Below, piece after piece: positions 49,573 through 64,000 of a stretch of DNA of 64,000 nt. The notes below the pieces were generated by a model. The model saw nothing but the letters and a program-made list of their open reading frames with translations. It had not been told where the DNA came from and did not search any database. The stretch lies in contig NW_024704743.1 of the NCBI RefSeq assembly GCF_018977255.1, forward strand, positions 21,702,001 to 21,766,000. The letters are read 5' to 3'. Position 1 is the stretch's first letter; each line of letters opens with the position of its first letter. This DNA is from Callorhinchus milii (taxonomy: Eukaryota). Position numbers and translations under genes: made by a program.

Positions 49573-52500
49573 CTTACTACTTATTCTTACTTGCTATTCC
49601 TACAGATGCTTGTATATTTTTTTCTGTAGGAAATATTCTTCACTGCAATGCATTACAACACCTCTTTACAAAATTACTTCGGAAGGAGTAAAGTATTCCC
49701 ATTTTGGTTTAATCTACATATTTATTTTATTCTTGGAACCTTTTATATCAAGCCCAAACTCAAAATTTGAAATCATATGTTGTGTTTTTATAAAAGCCAA
49801 GAGAAAATCAGGTCAACAGGGCATCAACTCCCATCCCACAAAATATACAGTCCATACACTTTACAGTATACTCTGTGAAGCGCTTTGAGACGTCTCGAAT
49901 CTGATAAGGCACTATATCAAATGCAAGAATTATTATTATTATTATCCACAGCTCTGTTACCCATGCAACATTATAAAGTTCTTTGAGACGTTCTCGCAAC
50001 GTAAAAGGCATGTAAATTGTATTGTATCTCTGTTCTGAATTTGGTTTGCTTTGCAAGAATTGTGTGCCCCCTTTAAATAGAAAGACGAGCTTGCTGGAAA
50101 AGAATTGGCAGTGTTTGCTTGGGTCTGTCTGATAAAGGCAGGACAAAATGGAAAGCACTGAGATTGAGCAGCGATACTTAAGCTGTGTGATGTACAAAGA
50201 TTTTGATTTCAGTCACAAATTGAATCTCTCTATTCCCAGCCCCAAGAATATACCAAAATGGAAAGGGGTTTGACCACACTGGATTATAAGAATTCTTCCT
50301 CATTGCTAAATAAAATAACCAACGGAAACCGCAGAACTGCGAGTCCTCAAGCGGGTCCAATTTATCTTCTGGTGCCGTAAGTAGCAGATAGTTTAGTAGC
50401 GCGAAGGACCAACATTAAAAATCAAATTAAAACGTAAATGCAAGTGACCTAAGGTAATGAAAATTGTGCACACCACCCACACATTAATCTGCAAGGCAAA
50501 CAGTGACTCATTGATAACAAATCAGAATACATTTTCACAAGGGAAAAGGATTCTTTCCGACACTCAAACAGAGTCTGCATCACTGCATTTCTTTTTTCGT
50601 CAACTAAAAATGGGATTAGTTGCAAACCTTAAACCTAAAAAATAACATATTACAAATAATATTCAACACCGTGTAGCTTATTTGAAGATACAGAAACCCA
50701 TTTTGCTCATTAGGGCACTGGGAGCAGGAATTCTTCCCATTCAGCTCCTGTTAACCCTGCTAGCCAAAGCCCTAACAGGTAGGCTGGTCCTAGCTGGATA
50801 AGCAATGAGAAAGCTTGCCAGACAGTGTCCTCAACGGCAAACAATACAGTTTTAGCTGGTTAAACTCCAACAGTAACTCAACCCACAGTCTGAGGGCCCC
50901 AAACCTTGTCTCTGTACCTCATATTCTCCAGAATTAAATAAGTAGGATATGTTCCTCTGCAGAGAAAGTATGCGATTGCATTGAACGCACATGTCAGACA
51001 GCTGGCTGACCAAAAAAAGAAACTCATTAGGGTCAAAACTGCAGCATTGTAAAATGGTTAGAAAATGTGGTTAAAAACGTGTCCTTAAAACCTGTCCTTA
51101 CCAATAGGTTAATTACTAAACATCTATCTCCTGATTTCAGGGAATAGTTTGCATTTAACCCTTTTCAGAAGGAAGTCTCACTTTTAATTTAACAACAATT
51201 CATTCGATGCCACTTGATTGACTTTTTAACTCTAAGTGTCTACTTTCAAAATTATTTTTAAGCAAAGAAATGCAAAATCTACATTCTGATTAAAGACTTT
51301 CCGATGGCTATTGCTGTCGTGTCTCCATCTCTCCCAGAATAGCAACAGCAACAACAACAAATTTCTCTTCGGGAGGACATCCCAAGGTTTTTGGCAGTCA
51401 GTGTTTTGGAGTTTAAGCAGGGCTTTGAAGCAAGTCAGTTTAAAAAATATAATTTTGCCCTTGAAGAAATTCATACTTTCAGTGATTTTTCTCACTTGCA
51501 ATTTTGTGTTTTTTCTATTTGCTGGTGTCTGCAAGCAGCACCACAGGAAACACGGAAGATCAGCATCTTTTCAGCCCAGGATGCCAATCAATCCAGTATC
51601 ATCTAGCATTAGATTGCTACACAGTGCAACACTGCAACCAATACAATCCTTTCACAACCATGGATGGAATGAAATAAGCAATAGAGTTGCGTTTAACATC
51701 AAAGAGAAACAGGGACATTCAATCAAGCCCGTTGTACCTGTTTATTAGATATGGCCAGATCTTTTAATCCCAACGCCTGTTCTACACAGACTTGTACTAA
51801 TGCACTATTGGCGTGGGTGGTTTTAGAAAACTTGTATTCGCCTACTTATAAACGTGTTGAGTTCTCAATTGAAGAGGTTTCTGGATCACAATTACATATG
51901 GATGCATTTCAGGCATTGTTTAATAAACTCCATTTCATTTTCTAAACCAATAAATGATAATGCTTGGATTTGATACAGATCCTTCAATGTCAGAAGAACG
52001 TCTCAAAGTGCTACATGGAATTTACTGTAAAGTGTACTGACCTTGTATTTTATTATATAAATAATAATCTTTTAATTTGAAACAATGCTTCTTTTAGAGG
52101 GGAAAGGAGGGTGATCGAAGGTACGGTGGAAGAGGCGGGTCTTGATATGGGTCTTGAAGGAGGCAAGGGAGGGGGGGGCGAGGCGGAGGAACTGCGGGAT
52201 GGAGTTCCAGAGGGTCGGGGCAGAGTGGTTGTCTGTATTGGACTTTCCTCTTTCTTGAATACATTAATGATCGGATTTGTAGACCCAGTGTAAAGTAGTT
52301 AAAACTTTCAGATGCCAATAATACCTCAAATAAAAAATGTTTCACACAGTGAGTTATTCGGATCTAGAATGCGTTGCGTGAAAGGGTGGTGGAAGCTGAT
52401 TAAATAACAACTTTTAAGAGAGAAGTAGATAATTATTTAGGGAGGACAAGTTTGCAGGCTATGGGGAGAGAGCAAGGGAGTGGGATTGAATTGGATAGCT

Positions 52501-53034
52501 TTTTTCAAAGAGTCACCATAGACACGATGCGCAGAATGGCCTCCTTCTGTGCTGTATAATTCTATGATTCTATGTTAGTAACACCTCAAAGCACTTTACA
52601 CGTAACTACTGATAACTGGAGTGTCTGTTTTGAGGCCAGCCACGTATACAGTAAGGTACAATGAACAGCTATGAAGTGAACAACCACCTCATCTGGAGGC
52701 TTGTCAGTATTGTCACCAGAGCAAACTCCCCTCTCTTTTTGAATACCGCAATGGCATCTTTAACCTGAGCAGACAGAGAGGATCTCAGTTCAATTTGAAA
52801 GGCAATGCCTTATACTACAATGCAGTATTTCCCAAGTACTGTCAGCCTAGAGTATGAACGCATACTGACGTGGCACCTGAACCCAGAATCTCGCCCAGAG
52901 GCAAGATTGCTTCCATCTGAGCCAAGCTGACACATTCACTAAACTAGGGAATGAGGGCTATCCCGTGGATATAATTTACTTGTTTTTGCACAAGCATTTG
53001 ATCAAACTCCACATGTGGGTGGCATTATAAAAGA

Positions 53035-53447
53035 CCCCCAGAGGATAGAGCTCAGAATCCTCGTCCTTGCCTTCAATGCTCTCCCCGGCCTTGCTCCTCC
53101 CTACTACCTCTGTGATCTGCTAATGCCATATCAACCTCTCCGTGCTCTCCACTCATCAGGCTCCAGCATGCTCCACGTCCCCACCTGGCCTGTTCCTCCA
53201 TTGGCAGACGGGCCTTGAGCCTCTCTGCTCCCACCTTTTGGAACTCCATACCCCATCCCTTTGTCTTGCTCCCTCCATTGCCTCCTTTAAAGCACGTCTC
53301 AAGATGCTCCTCTTCGACTGCGCATTTGGCCATCCTCCTATCCTCCCTGGCCTCCACCACCCTGATCCCAAACCTCTTGCTCGAGTCCAGTGCCTTGGGA
53401 CATTCTCCCGATGTGAAAAGCGTTATACAAATGTAATTTGTTGTTGT
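53035..53447 (+). mobile_element. L2 3' fragment
   Basis: QRIELRILVLAFNAL..., FWNSIP, FKARLKMLLF; tail aaatgtaatttgttgttg. Confidence 0.88.
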
Positions 53448-56400
53448 CCATTGCTCTTCATATCAATGAACAAACTGAGGAGTGCATCTCTTGTAATATG
53501 ATTAGATTTACTGATAATGCTCAGCTGATGGCAGGCAACTAATATAAAGAGAATAAATAGCATAATAGAAAATTTGGACCAATTAAAAGGGATGAGTCGC
53601 AGATGTATTTTAATGCAGGTCAATACAAAGAGATGCATACTGTATTAAGCATTAGTGAATAGGTGCACAAAATAAAGGAGTGTCCAATAGCTGAAGTGAA
53701 AGTGGAGAATTTGTAATAATCATAAGAATGCTTACATTTGATATAGTGATTTTACGTTGGGAGAATGTCTCAAGATGCTTCACAGTATATACTGTAAAGT
53801 ACAGTGACTGTGTTTCGTGAACTGGCACAGAAGCAAATTTCTGCACAGCCATATCCCACAAACAGCCATGAAGTCAGTGAGTGACCAATTTCATTTTGGG
53901 GGATTTGCGTGTGACTGCTGATCACTCATTGCCAAGGTGCAGTTGTGTCAACATGAAACAAGAGCATTTGAATAGAACTGCAAAAATATGAATTGAATAG
54001 AATTGAAAAGAAGTAGGGGCAGTTGCCAAACAATTACACGGAATATACAGTTAATCCTGTGAAGTGTCCTGTGACACCTCCTGTGAAGTGTCTTCCTGAT
54101 GTGAAAGATGTTGAATCAAATGAAAGGATTAATAGATCACCGGTGAGACTTCACCGGAATATTGGGCTCTATTATGCACCACGTGTGAATGCGGTTTACA
54201 AAGGGTGCATAATAGATCACACCATCTGTGTTTGAACACATTACCTTCAAAAGGACATAAGAGTTTTGGGGGCGTTTCACAGAAGAGCAACACAATTGAT
54301 TGCAGGCCTCAAAGTGCTGAGTGATGAGGAAATAAGCTGTCGTGTTTGCCTCCACAAAAACATGCACATCGCTTCTAGTTAATTTCATTCTCTAAAAGGC
54401 TTTGAGATGTTTCTTTTACATTAAAGGCACAGATTGTATAAACGTAAATTGTTGTTGAAAAGTTTGCAGAACTGAACTTGTTTCAATGGCATTACAAGTG
54501 AGAAAGTCGTAATCCCATAATCCAGATGTTTGGATAATGTAAGTGTAAGCATGTTACTTTACAGAGACTGAGAGCAGAAACAGATGCCATTGGTTCAATA
54601 TCTGTAAATCTTAAAACTGATTTAGAGACCATGGAAAAAAATTATGATCTAGAGACCAGAAAAAATTCCCATACAAGTGTGATAGCCATTAACAACAGTT
54701 AATAGTGATCCAATTGATTCCTTCATAAAGAAATTAATAAGTATCTATTGGTAACACAATTGGAGGATACAGGGATAGATGCAAACTGACATGAACAGGT
54801 AATTCTTGAAACAAAATAGTTCTGTGTTCCCGTTGCTGAGGGAGAATACAATTTATATAGCATCTTGCATGTCAGGAGGACGTCTCAAAGCACTTAATAC
54901 TGCTGGTGCACACTAGAGCTGGAATTGGGAGCCCAAAGGGTGGGACCCAAAGTGCTGTCAAAGAGAAGAGAAGATATCTTGAGAAGATAGTCAGTGAAGG
55001 CCAAGTTTCAGTATTGGAGATATGGGGATGAATAAGCATTCCAGAGTCTTTTCTTAATTTGGGGAATTAAGGCGTATCTTTTAGGGAGTATCTCCACAAC
55101 TTTCCCGAGGAGATAAGAGTGGTCAGGGTGAAGAACACAGTCTTTTCTTCAGGAAATTAAATTAGATAGATTCTGGAAGGTCTTCCAAACCTGAGTCAAT
55201 GGCTTGACACATGAGTCAGAAAATGTCATGTACCCCACTGCAATGCCATTTCCACTTGTGATCTTCAGAGTTGCACTGTGACTATTGCCAGTGTAACTTG
55301 CGTGTGTCCCACATAGCCTGTAATTTGTCATTGCATCAACAAGGAAAATTGTCATTCATTCATTGTGACACATTAATTTTCTGTTTGACTGGTTGTCAGT
55401 GAAGTTGCAGGAATCTTTGGCAGACTGATGACTTTTACTGAAAGGGTCTATCACAATGTCACAGACATTCTTGGGTACCAGAGAAATAGTGTATTTACAG
55501 CTGTGCATGCCACAGTAGGATTACGATTTATAGTAAATCAATCTGTCTCACAAATCAGAGAGGGAGCTCTGAAAATGCTGTATATTTATGGATGTTTAAA
55601 TTAAGGAACAAAGGGTGGAATATTAACATTCATCTCAAGGTAATTTAGTTTTAATCATTTCGGGGAAAATTGTTATCTACTTAAGACATAGCAAAAGCTT
55701 TTCAGGTATTGTTTTTTGCTGCTTTGGATACGAGCATATCTCTTCCATGCAAAACAACTCCAAACTGATGCATGTATAGAAAGCACCTCATTATACTCCT
55801 AATTTAATGTCCTCTCTCACACATTTAGTATCGCCAGATAGTGCAATTGCTGTATTTGGAACCGAGATACTATGCCAGTATCACAGCCATGCAGATGTAT
55901 TTCTCTCTGATAGGGCTCATTAAGGTTCTGTCGAAACTAGCCTCGCTACAGTGCCTCTGAAGCTGGCATTTGTCCTTCAGAGTGAAAAAACAAAAGTTAT
56001 TTTGGGAAAAGAGAGCTACAGGGCCACAAAACAAAATGACCTGCAACAGGTTAACAGGTTGGTAAGTGACGGCTCAGTTGGTAAAGCGACTGCCTAGTGT
56101 GGAAGCAAGCCATGCATGCCAGTCTGATCGCCAGTCTGTGGCTCTGAAGAAAATGACTTGTCTTTCAACAGTTAGCTGAGCAGATGGTGGAGAGACACGA
56201 TTAAAAACATTGATACTCTTCCCAAGATTTCTGGCTGTGAATCTTCCTGCACCATCCATCCCCTTCGCCAGACCCCCCCACCAACCCCTCAAACACACAG
56301 AAGCTAGATGGGGAATGTTGAGTAATTACCAAAGGGAGGATGGAATCATACCATCAAATCATCCCTCAGAAACCAAAGTGAATCTCAGTATAAAATGAGT

Positions 56401-56524
56401 ATTGATGCAAAGATTTGCTCTGTACCTTTTCCCTTCATTATCAAACTGAAGGCAGCACATTTAAACATGTCTGGTGCATTGATATGGTCGTGGAAAGGAA
56501 GCTGCAGGAACTTCACAAATATGA

Positions 56525-58115
56525 ACCCGCACAGAAACCTGTATCACCCGAGGCGAGACCTCCCCACTAACTGAGGCCACACCACCTGACTATACTTTCC
56601 ACTGTACTCCACGACCTAACTGCCATAGTGGTGGTATGGCTCTCATCTCCAAGTCCTCACTTGCCCTATCCCCTTACTCCTCCGGCTTATTCTCCTCCTT
56701 CTAGCACCTTACCATCTACCATCCCTCCAATCTTTCCCTCAAAATTTTTCTTGTTTACCATTCTTGCCCCACTCCATTGGCTCCCTATCCTTCAGAGGAT
56801 CCAGTTCAAGATCCTGGTTCTCACCTACAAAGCCCTCCATTGCCTCGCCCCACCCTACCTCTGCGACCTCCTAACCCCATACCAACCCACCCGCTCCCTC
56901 TGCTCAGCTGGCTCCGGCCTGCTCCGTGTCCCCCAACCCACCTGCCCCACCATTGGCAGGAGAGTCTTCAGCCACTCTGCCCCCAACTCTGGAATTCTAT
57001 GCCCCAATCACTCTGCCTCGTCCCCCCCTTAGCCTCCTTCAAGTCCCGCTTCAAGACCCTCCTCTTCGACCATGCCATTGGCCACCCCCCTTCCCCTCTC
57101 CTCCCTTCTCCACCCCTGACTCCAGCTCGGGTCTGAAATGCTATACACTGGGACGTCCTTCCGACGTGAAATGTAATCTTGTTGTTGTTGTTGACTCTCC
57201 CAAACCCTCTCCCACCTTCATCTCTGACATCTCCCACTTCTAGCTTCCCTCTGCCTTTGTTCTGAACGCCTCCTCATCCTTGGCAACTTCAACCTGCACC
57301 TCACCCCCTCTTGCTCTACCTTCGCTGACTTCTCCTCTCTCCTTTCCTCTCACAACCTTTCCCTCCACATCCACTCTGCCACCCAAGCCTATGTCCACCC
57401 GTTTGATCTGGTGATTACCCGGGGCCTCAGCGTCTTGGAGCTCACCATCACTAACAAAACCATCTCGGACCATTGCTTCATCTATCTTAACCCATCAATC
57501 CCTCTCCCCACTGCCACTCAACCCACCTCCATCTCCTACCGCCCCTGGAAAAAAATCTCCCCGGATTCCCTCTCTGTTGCCCAGGAGTCATCCAAACTCC
57601 TTCCCCTCTGGGCTTCCTCCCACACTGACTTATCCTCCTCCACAACTCTCTCTCCACCATTCTTGGTGCCCTTGCCCACTCACTTCCTGAACCACCTCCT
57701 ACTGCAATTCACCCTGGTATACCAGCCACCTGTGCTCCCTCAAGGCACAGATGTGTGCCGTCGAACCCACCTGGCTTAAATCTGATTTAACGATCCATCA
57801 GCAGATCTGGCTGGACCACATCAAAACTTACTGCTCTGCCCTTGCCTCTGCTAAATCATTCTTCTACTCCAAGATAATCTTAGAGGCCACGGACAACCCC
57901 AGGCTCCTCTTCTCCTCTTATAGCCCGCATGAAACTCACCACCTGCCTTGGCTTCTTCAAGGAACATCTCAATACCCTCATCTTCGAACGTGCCTTCGAC
58001 CACCTCCCAGCCCTCCGTCCTCCCTTATCCCAACCCCCTCACTCAGATCCAAATCCCTGGCTGTCTAGCGCCTCCTGACATGAAAGCCGCTATACACATG
58101 TAAATTTGTATTGTA
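56525..58115 (+). mobile_element. L2 endonuclease-region fragment with a nested young L2 3' end (about 56760-57192) and an internal deletion to the 3' end near 57920
   Basis: ETCI, ILGNFNLH, DLVITRG and ISDH APE motifs; SKIILEATDNPRLLF linker; L2 terminus near 58100. Confidence 0.85.
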
Positions 58116-61100
58116 TGTAGCTTAGTAAACTTGATGAAACAGCTGGCCACCTACAGAGGAAATCGCGCGTTGTCTGATTATAAAAACACATTCGAAGGGG
58201 CTGAATGCTTTCCTTGGCAGATCTTATTGTGGCTTCACTGTCTGAAGCTTCACATTGTGAGGCTCTATAACAGCTCTTGCAATTTCAAACAAATCCCTTT
58301 GTCATCCTGGGAAATGAGAATTTGCAGGAGATTCTACAATCATTGGTAAATCTACTGGTTAAAAGCTCATACTATCAATGTCAGTAAATTTACCAAACAG
58401 CAGAACACCAGTTGTGCTTACCTGTCAAGGTCAATACCTTTATAGACAATTGGAGCATCGCCCAACCGTGTTCCAAGGTGGAAGCCTTTAATGCTGCTGC
58501 AAACGTATGTCTGAGGTGTTAAGTAAAAAGAAGATTGGACGAGGAGTCCAATGAGTTCTGATCTGGATTACAGGGCGCTTCTGTTTGCAGACAATGTGTT
58601 GTTGGCAGACTCGTCAATTTGGTGGGACATAATAGTGAGTACACCACAGCTCAAAAATGGACCTTGAGGGTATTATAATAATCCTTGCATTAAATATAGC
58701 CCTTATCACATCGTCGAAACGTCTCAAAGCATTTCACAGGATTTTACAGTGAAGTGAGTGACTGTGCATTTGCAGACAAAAGGGACAGGGACAGTCAATA
58801 TTCTCACAGCAGTGTTCCACAAACGGCCATGAAGTGAATGACCAATTTTATCTGGAGGATTGTTGGGTTGTACACGAGGAGAATTCCCTTCCCTTTTTCG
58901 ATTAGTACCATGGGATGTCTTGACGAGGTGATAAATTGTTATATCAAATTCAAGGATTATTATTTACTCTCGATCACCATCTAACAAACTCTGCAAAGGT
59001 GCGTTTGTGTGGATATAATAATAATAATCTTGTGACAACAGGATTGGGCTTCTCTGTGAAGTTTCCCTGTGGTAGAATTGTCTGCAGATGTTCATTGTCA
59101 AAGGCCCCATTAATAATGACTACTTGGGCAAGACACTGAAGAGAAACTGGCGTCAATGTAACTGTAGGAAAAACAAATGTCTGAAGCTGTCAAATGTGGA
59201 GATGAAAACATTGGTGGAGAAAAATTGGCAAGAAATTGCTCAACTTGCACAGATTTTAAAATGGGGGCACCAAATCACTTACCTCATTCTGAACATATGG
59301 GCAAAACTGAAGAAGCTAAATTTCCTTTTCATACCTTGTGTTTTATTTTGGTAGCTGTCACTCATTCAGATGTTAAACACTGACCCTGAGCTGATATATT
59401 ATCTTGTGGTCAGAAACCATTGGCTCTGAGCAGCAAATCTTGCAAAATAAAAGTCATGTCAAACTTTTGTAGTTTTTAGAATCCAACTGGATCATTAATT
59501 CTATTAGCTATTGTATAAATCTACAGCTCTGTGCTTCTCCATCCCTGTCACTGAAATCACATAGATTTGTCTTTTTCTTTCTCCTGTGTAGCCTCTGTCC
59601 TTGTCCATGTCCCCAATCTACCCTCATCCAAATCCCAGCTCTATCACTACGATTTACTGGCAATGTCCATCTCCGACAGCTTGATATCTCGCTGTTTTCC
59701 AGCTCACTTCCTGCTCCCAGCTGCTATTCTACCATCTACAAAAACAGCTATCTTGGTCATTTGTATCTGAAATAACTGAGAACAGCCCAAAACATAGTTT
59801 GTATTAATTCTTCATATCAAGGTACATTAACTTAACACACTAGAGATTTGAAACTACTAGAAATGGTGACAGTCAGCGACATATGGAAGTGTAGTTTTGA
59901 GCCCTTGGGGCCTTTCAAACAATCTGGAATTCACAGGAGGCAAAATGAGACAATGACCACCCTCGAAGAGTTGTGGAGTCACACTGAGGATAATCATATG
60001 AAGTAACTGAGCCACTGATATTGGAGCTCATGGAGTGAGAAGAAGCTTCAGTAAAGTTCTCTGTATATAATCCAATATAGATGAGGCACTCATAACATTG
60101 CCACTTTCATCAGCAATGTTTTCCCAAGGTGTGTGGAGTAAGGAAACTTGACTAAATCGGGAATCGAACCGGGGTCCTCCTGTTTGCGAGGTGAGCATGC
60201 TATCCATTACCATAGAGTACTCAATACCCCAATTCACACGGTTGGGTCCCAAAACCTTGACTGTTGCCAACCTGCACCTAATACTTTCATGAATCAAGGT
60301 GTGACCCTCCAGGGAGAGAGTGCACCTTCCACTCCATGAGTAGGTAGCATATATATGTGGAACTCTCAGTCTGGTTTGGATAACTTAAGCAATGGTGACC
60401 AGTTTCCACATGTAATTTCATGCGTTTTCCACATCTCTTCCAAATCCTGGCTCTCAGTCCTATCTGCCAAAGCTCAAATACAATTGTTTTTTTTACAAGA
60501 AGCAACATTTTCCTACTGGTTCTAATTAAAACAAGCAATTTTCTTTTCAATTAGCAAAAGCAATCAGAGTCAATGTAAGACTGATTTAAGACAATTAAAA
60601 AAGGGTCTAACTACAAATACAAACCAGATGGGAGCATTTGATCCATTGCAAACTATTGCTGTCTTTCTGTTCTTGGCATTTTGTTCAGATTGATCCTTTG
60701 GAATGAAGGCAAGCCACCAGAAAAGTAGCCTGGGAACAAAGCTAGGTGATATAGCGCCTTATCACATCGTTGCGACATCTCAAAGAATAGTGACTGTGTA
60801 TTTGTTGGCGAATGAAGCAGCCAACAGCACGTCAACTGAATTGAATGAAATGGTCAATTTTATCTGGGCGAGTGTTGGCCAGGGTTCTGGGAGAAACTCC
60901 CTTCTCTTTTTGAATAAAGTCCCGAGTTTTAAGATTGACTTGAATAGGCAGATGCGTCAGCTAATTTATAATATTAATTATAACGAATCATGCATTTGAC
61001 TTATTGCTTTTACATCTAAACATCTCAAAGTGCTTCAGAGGTAATTACTGTCAAATGCAATAAATGAACTTGTGGAAAAATGTGGCAGCCAATTTGGTCC

Positions 61101-62284
61101 CATCAACAACCCACTAACAGCCATGAAATGAACAACTAATTGTTGGGCCTACAAACTTCGGGCTTTATGTTTTACAGTAATTCCTGAGAAGCGCTTTGAG
61201 ACTTTAAAGCGCTCTGGGACGCTACCCTGCGTGAAGGGTGCTATATAAATGCAAGTTGTTGTTTCTATGATGTAATAAGGTGCTATTATTTATATGGAAG
61301 ATTATTGGCAGGACATGTAGGGGTGGGGGGGAACTGCCTTCTCTTTTCAAATCATCTCTTAAGATCTTTAAGATCTTGAGTTTCACCAGTACTACAGATT
61401 AATTTACCAGGGAATTGCAGGCAAAATGCAAAGTAGTTCAACTGCTCAATGACAGAGAATCCCTCATAATGAAATCACAACAGCTATAGACTGACATTGA
61501 ACCTATTTCTAATGTCTAAGGGTTTGTAGTGCAGATGTTCAACAATTACAGCAACAAGAGCTTTAGCAAAGCCACACTGTTAATACGCCTTAATTTGGGG
61601 CTATTCATGGTACCAGATCACTTTGTGCAAAATTCAAAAGGACGTTCAATATGCCATTTGTCACTTACACTTCAGCCTTTGAATTTCATTGTGACAATTT
61701 GCACAGAATTGTTCATATTACAAATTTTCACAAAAGGTCATGACTGAGTAAACGTGTTAGAAGAAACGATGATTAGTGTATGTCCACCAGCATTTGAAAA
61801 GTGGGGATAAAAGATCAGTCATTATGCTATGATATAATCTAACCAAGCACAGATGTCATTTATAATAATAATAATCCTTTCATTTGATATAGCACTTTTC
61901 ACGCCTTCTAGACGTCTCAAAGCGCTTCACAGAATATGCTGTACAGTGAATTGACCGTATATTTGTGGGCGAAACGCGGCAGCCAATTGCGCACAGCAGT
62001 GACCCACAAACAGTCGTGGATTGAAAATGACCAATTTATTATTGTTTTGTTTTTTGGAGGGATTATTATTAGGCCTGTGGAGTAAGGAAACTTGCCCAGG
62101 ATTTCGCCCTCCCTGCCTGGAATTGAACCCAAGTGTCTCACTTGGAAGGCGAGAGCACTAACCACTGAGCTACAGGACTCCAGTTTTGCTATGTAAAGCA
62201 ATGTGCATCAAATCTCAAATGTATTTTCCAGACCTTCTCCTTGAGTTAGGAGGGAGATAAGCAGAATCTCATTTGAGCTGAACA

Positions 62285-62800
62285 GGCTCCAGGGTGATGT
62301 GCTCGGCAACAGAATGTCAGAATTAAGTCATTCTTCTGTGGCGGATTAGATAATCCGGTTCCTGAGTCAGGAGGATTCACAGTACTCAGGAGCACTGCTG
62401 AGGACACCCTGACTCATCGTCAAGACCTGGATGGACTGATACTGGTGCAGAGATTCCAGTCACTGAACTCCATTTAACTCTGGAAACCAAAGCCCTAGCA
62501 GGTGGGTTGGTCCTAGGTGGACAGCAATGGGGAGATTTCCAGACAGTCTCTCAATGGCAAGCTATACGATTTTAGCTGGCTAATCTCTAGTAGTACCCCA
62601 AGCCTTGCTTCTTGCCAACTCACACCTAATTACGTAGACAGATGGCATTACTCCGGGAAGAGATTACGCATTCCATTCCAGACACAGGGAATTTTTCATG
62701 TGTGGGTGACATATATATGTGGAACTCCCAGTTTGGTTTGGATACTCTTAAGCATGGTGATGGGTTTCCACTTGTGTCAGACACTCAGCTGACCTAAAAT
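62285..62800 (+). repeat. Unclassified ancient interspersed repeat ('family X'), longest copy
   Basis: Shares colinear blocks with 17338-17490(+), 50710-51015(+), 60225-60412(+), 3795-4000(-), 27985-28460(-) and 28552-29420(-). Confidence 0.8.
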
Positions 62801-63415
62801 AATATTTAACAAGTATGGGAAATCTGCACTGTAGAAAGAAAAGTACAATTTGCATTCTGCTAGTACAGTAAACCACAGGTCAAACTAAACCACAATGTGA
62901 ACCTTGTCCGTGGATTGGGATGAAATCCGTAACATTTCATGTCAGCTTCAATGTGATAATTATCATACTGTTTTGACCGTGCACACACACAGACACACAC
63001 ACCCATACACACATAACTACAACATGATGCTTTGCTCCTAAGGCTGATTTAAAAGAAAGTATTGTCCTTTCGGATATCACAAAGCCGGTTCCAATTTAAT
63101 TTTTCACTCCCGGACCCAGCATTTGAGTACTGCTTCACGGGACACTGACTCAGATAAGGCAGTTCTATTTTTAGCTGCACTCAAACAGGCACAGAGACTC
63201 CATTATGCAGAGACTTGGGATGCAAGGTTAGTGTTTTTCCATGGGTAGTCTTTTCAAGAAGGGACAACAATATGCGACAAAATGTCACACACTTCAACCC
63301 ATTGCTAATAGTTTTTTTTTGCTAAGAAATATTAGCAATCAATTCTTTCTTGCACATAAATTAATCATGTGATACTGGAATACTTACAGTGTATGTTACA
63401 TGATATAAAGAGTCT

Positions 63416-64000
63416 AGTCTGAGATGGCTTTATCGACGATGGTGATGTCCAACACGGTGAGGCCCCGGGTGATCACCAGGTCAAGAGGGTGGGGGAGTGG
63501 ATGAGGAGGGAGAGGTTGAGGGAAGAGAGGAGGGAGGGAGGAGAAGTCAGCAGAGGTAGAGCAGAAGGGGGTGAAGTGGAGGTTGAAGTCGCCTAAGATA
63601 AGGAGGCATTCAGAGTAGAGGGAGAGGGAAGATAGGAGGGTGGAGATGTCCGAGAGGAAGGTGGGGGAAGGCTTGGGGGTTCGGTAAGCAAGGAGGATTT
63701 TAGGGAAACCCTGGAGGGGTGGGAGAGGGTAAGGTGTTCAAAGGAGGGTAAGATTCCGGAGGAGTAAGAGGAAAGGCCAAGGGGGGACGGGGAGATGAGA
63801 TCACACCGCCGCTGCGGAGATTAGGCCGTGGGGTTTGGTGAAAAGTGTAACCTGGAGGTGTGGCCTCAACTAGTGGGAAGGTGTTGCCTGGGATAACCCA
63901 GGTTTCGGTGAAGGTGAGGATATCGATATTTTCCTTGACGGTGAGGTCATGGATTGTGAGGGACTTGTTGGTTAATGAGCGGACGTTCTGCAGACTGATG
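63416..64000 (-). mobile_element. L2 apurinic-like endonuclease domain fragment, running off the window
   Basis: Reverse translation SLQNVRSLTNKSLTIHDL...IDILTFTETW...ATPPGYTF..PRPN.RSGGV, then ILGDFNLH and LDLVITRG. Confidence 0.9.

Noticed and set aside
54056..54105. Short cctgtgaagtgt repeats
   Set aside because: Local slippage inside a decayed SINE tail.
56071..56200. Further tRNA-like heads (ggctcagttggtaaagcg at 56071; B-box-like at about 1505-1530 minus)
   Set aside because: Single, very decayed copies that could not be assigned to a family or folded as a tRNA.
43266..64000. GPR158 exon 2 (VDIDQC...WFSGTH-like)
   Set aside because: Not found. The LCGTH in ORF 55149-55355 lacks the surrounding motif and splice context.

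Overview
Repeat-rich vertebrate genomic DNA, not prokaryotic: no CRISPR array, operon, rRNA or intact tRNA gene was found. The repeat content (L2 LINEs with (TTG)n/(TTA)n tails, Deu-domain and CORE-like tRNA SINEs, old CR1 fragments) suggests a cartilaginous fish, possibly a chimaera; this is inference. The window lies inside a large minus-strand GPR158-family class C GPCR gene. Three internal coding exons have canonical GT/AG sites and matching phases: 43265-43163 (EGF-like/Cys-rich), 41915-41701 (Cys-rich plus TM1) and 30048-29980 (TM2). The flanking exons were not found and probably lie outside the window. Almost all other ORFs are L2/CR1 debris or chance frames. Best leads: (1) a compact NRF1 + ZNF143-type promoter motif pair with a Kozak ATG and splice donors on the antisense strand in an intron; (2) an unclassified ~0.5 kb interspersed repeat with 7 copies; (3) LF-SINE-like relics; (4) two SINE families with different heads and bodies but one L2-derived tail stem-loop; (5) a 62-bp fold-back hairpin; (6) inverted SINEs bracketing exons 4-5 (circRNA geometry); (7) two candidate poison exons; (8) a decayed Penelope-type hammerhead. 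Repeat boundaries are approximate and were read by eye. Family names and exon numbers come from recalled consensus sequences, not searches.
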